From Candidatus Eiseniibacteriota bacterium (GTDB lineage Bacteria; Eisenbacteria; RBG-16-71-46), in the NCBI GenBank assembly GCA_044222065.1, contig JBGAOA010000072.1:1-20498 (forward strand): a stretch of 20,498 nucleotides of DNA, written 5' to 3'. The notes under the pieces were generated by a model that did no database searches, had not been told where the DNA came from, and saw only the letters and a list, made by a program, of their open reading frames with translations. Positions 19,033 through 20,498 of this stretch are shown in pieces (position 1 is the first letter of the stretch; each line of letters opens with the position of its first letter). The translations under genes were made by a program, and so were the position numbers.

Positions 19033-20498
19033 CGGAGCCGCGCGACCGTCACGCCGCGCCCTCCCTCGCCGACCACGCCGAGCCGCGCCGAGGCGACCTG
19101 CGGGTGCGAGCGCAGGTGGCGCTCGACCACCGAACGCAGGACGCCGCGGCCGACTCCGTGGATGATGCGGACCTCGCCGAGCCCCGCGAGCACCGCGCGA
19201 TCGAGCCCGTCGTCGAGCGCGCGCAGCGCCTCGTCGGCCTCGAGCCCGCGCAGGTCCACCTCCAGCGGCGCGGGATCGTCCGAGGCCTCCCACGTCGCGA
19301 TCGGCGTTGCGCCCCCGCCGCCCGCGCGGCGCAGCGTCCCGCGCGCCGTTTCACGCTCTTCCACGGGTTCGAGCCGGTCCACGTGACTCTGGATGCTCCA
19401 GCTGCCGCGGCGCAGCAACAGCCGGCCCTCGGAATCCGGCAGGCTCGCGACCTCGGCCTCGACGCCCAGATCGGCGATGCGAACGCGCATCCCGACTTCG
19501 ACGCGATCGAGCCGCGCGCGGCGGCCGCCGGCGGCCTCCAGCGCTTCGGACGCCCGGCGCTGCACGTCCTGGTGCGCGCGCGCGGCGCCTTCGATGCGCG
19601 TGCGCAGCGAATCGGCTGAGGCGCGGTTCTTCTCGGCCTTGCGCGCCTCACGCTGGACGGTCTGCCACAACTCGCGTGCCTGCGCGAGCACCGCCTCGCT
19701 CTCGCGCGTGAGCCGCTGGCGCGTCTCGGCGAGCGCGCGCTTCGCCTCTTCGGCCGCGTCGCGGTGGCGCGCCTCGGCCGCCACGGCGGCTGCGCGCGCG
19801 GAGCGCAACTCCGCCGCCTCGGCCTCGAGTTCGCGGCGCTGCGACTCGAGTTGGACGAGCAGGCGCTCGATCGCGCGCGTGGATTCGGGCGTCATCGCGC
19901 GCGCCCGGGCGACGAGTTCGGCCGGGAACCCGAGGCGCTCGGCGACCGCGAGCGCGTGGCTCGCGCCGGGCACGTCGGGAAGGAAGCGGTAGCGCGACCG
20001 GAACGTGACCTCGTCGAATTCCAGCGAACCGTTGCGCACGCCGCCGAGTTCCGCGGCCGCGACCTTGAGACTGCCGAGGTGCGTCGTGACGATTGCCCAC
20101 GCGCGGCGTTCGGCGAACCGCTCGAGCAGCGCGCGCGCGAGTGCCGCGCCCTCGTCGGGATCGGTCCCTGCGCCGAGTTCGTCGCACAGCAACAGGCAGT
20201 CGTCCGCGGCGCGCTCCGCCATCGCACGCAGCGAGCGCAGGTGCGCGGCGAACGTCGAGAGCCCCTCGTCCACCGACTGCTCGTCGCCGAGGTCGGCGAA
20301 GATCGCGCCGAGTTCCGGCACGGCGCTGCCCTCGGCCGCAGGCACGGGCAGCGCGGCGTGCGCGAGCGCGCACGCGAGTCCGACGGTCTTGAGCAGCACC
20401 GTCTTGCCGCCCATGTTGGGACCGCTCACGAGCAGCATGCGGTCGTCGGGACCGAGCGTGAGGTCCAGCGGCACGACGCCGCCCTCGGGGGGAGCGAG
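19029..20498 (-). CDS. mutS2: Endonuclease MutS2 (C-terminal part; 5' end lies outside the window)
   Basis: Walker A SGPNMGGKT, LSTF.AH, DELGAGTDP.EG, TTH, coiled coil, KOW-like segment and Smr domain (DLRG, IIHGVGRG, GG.GVT). The frame stays open to the window end. Confidence 0.94.
   Translation of the reverse strand, partial: LAPPEGGVVPLDLTLGPDDRMLLVSGPNMGGKTVLLKTVGLACALAHAALPVPAAEGSAVPELGAIFADLGDEQSVDEGLSTFAAHLRSLRAMAERAADDCLLLCDELGAGTDPDEGAALARALLERFAERRAWAIVTTHLGSLKVAAAELGGVRNGSLEFDEVTFRSRYRFLPDVPGASHALAVAERLGFPAELVARARAMTPESTRAIERLLVQLESQRRELEAEAAELRSARAAAVAAEARHRDAAEEAKRALAETRQRLTRESEAVLAQARELWQTVQREARKAEKNRASADSLRTRIEGAARAHQDVQRRASEALEAAGGRRARLDRVEVGMRVRIADLGVEAEVASLPDSEGRLLLRRGSWSIQSHVDRLEPVEERETARGTLRRAGGGGATPIATWEASDDPAPLEVDLRGLEADEALRALDDGLDRAVLAGLGEVRIIHGVGRGVLRSVVERHLRSHPQVASARLGVVGEGGRGVTVARLR

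Noticed and set aside
15493..19386. 1297-aa plus-strand ORF
   Set aside because: It is the antisense shadow of rpoD/dnaG/mutS2. High GC3 removes stops in this frame, and it has no recognisable motifs.

Overview
This is a very GC-rich bacterial chromosomal segment of mostly core housekeeping genes, all on the minus strand. In transcription order (high to low coordinates): mutS2 (5'-truncated), dnaG, rpoD, tRNA-Ile2(CAT), tRNA-Val(CAC), a coiled-coil/C4 zinc-ribbon protein, a patatin-like phospholipase with an inserted membrane domain, rnhA, rnpB (RNase P RNA), recJ, rel, dtd, maf, rplM, rpsI, an S2 leader, rpsB, tsf, pyrH, frr, uppS, cdsA, dxr and the start of an RfaE/HldE-domain-II-like gene. 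I saw no mobile element, CRISPR array or defence island, and no clearly new multi-gene system. The most unusual points are: (1) an apparently leaderless RNase HI gene whose last codons and stop codon are the P1/P2 strands of RNase P RNA; (2) a patatin split by about four predicted TM helices, sitting between the zinc-ribbon gene and rnhA-rnpB; (3) a nucleotidyltransferase-like gene with a degenerate HxGH motif where rseP usually follows dxr; (4) a DXR with DREH instead of DSEH; (5) a tRNA-Val with A32. All calls come from manual motif recognition; no searches were run.
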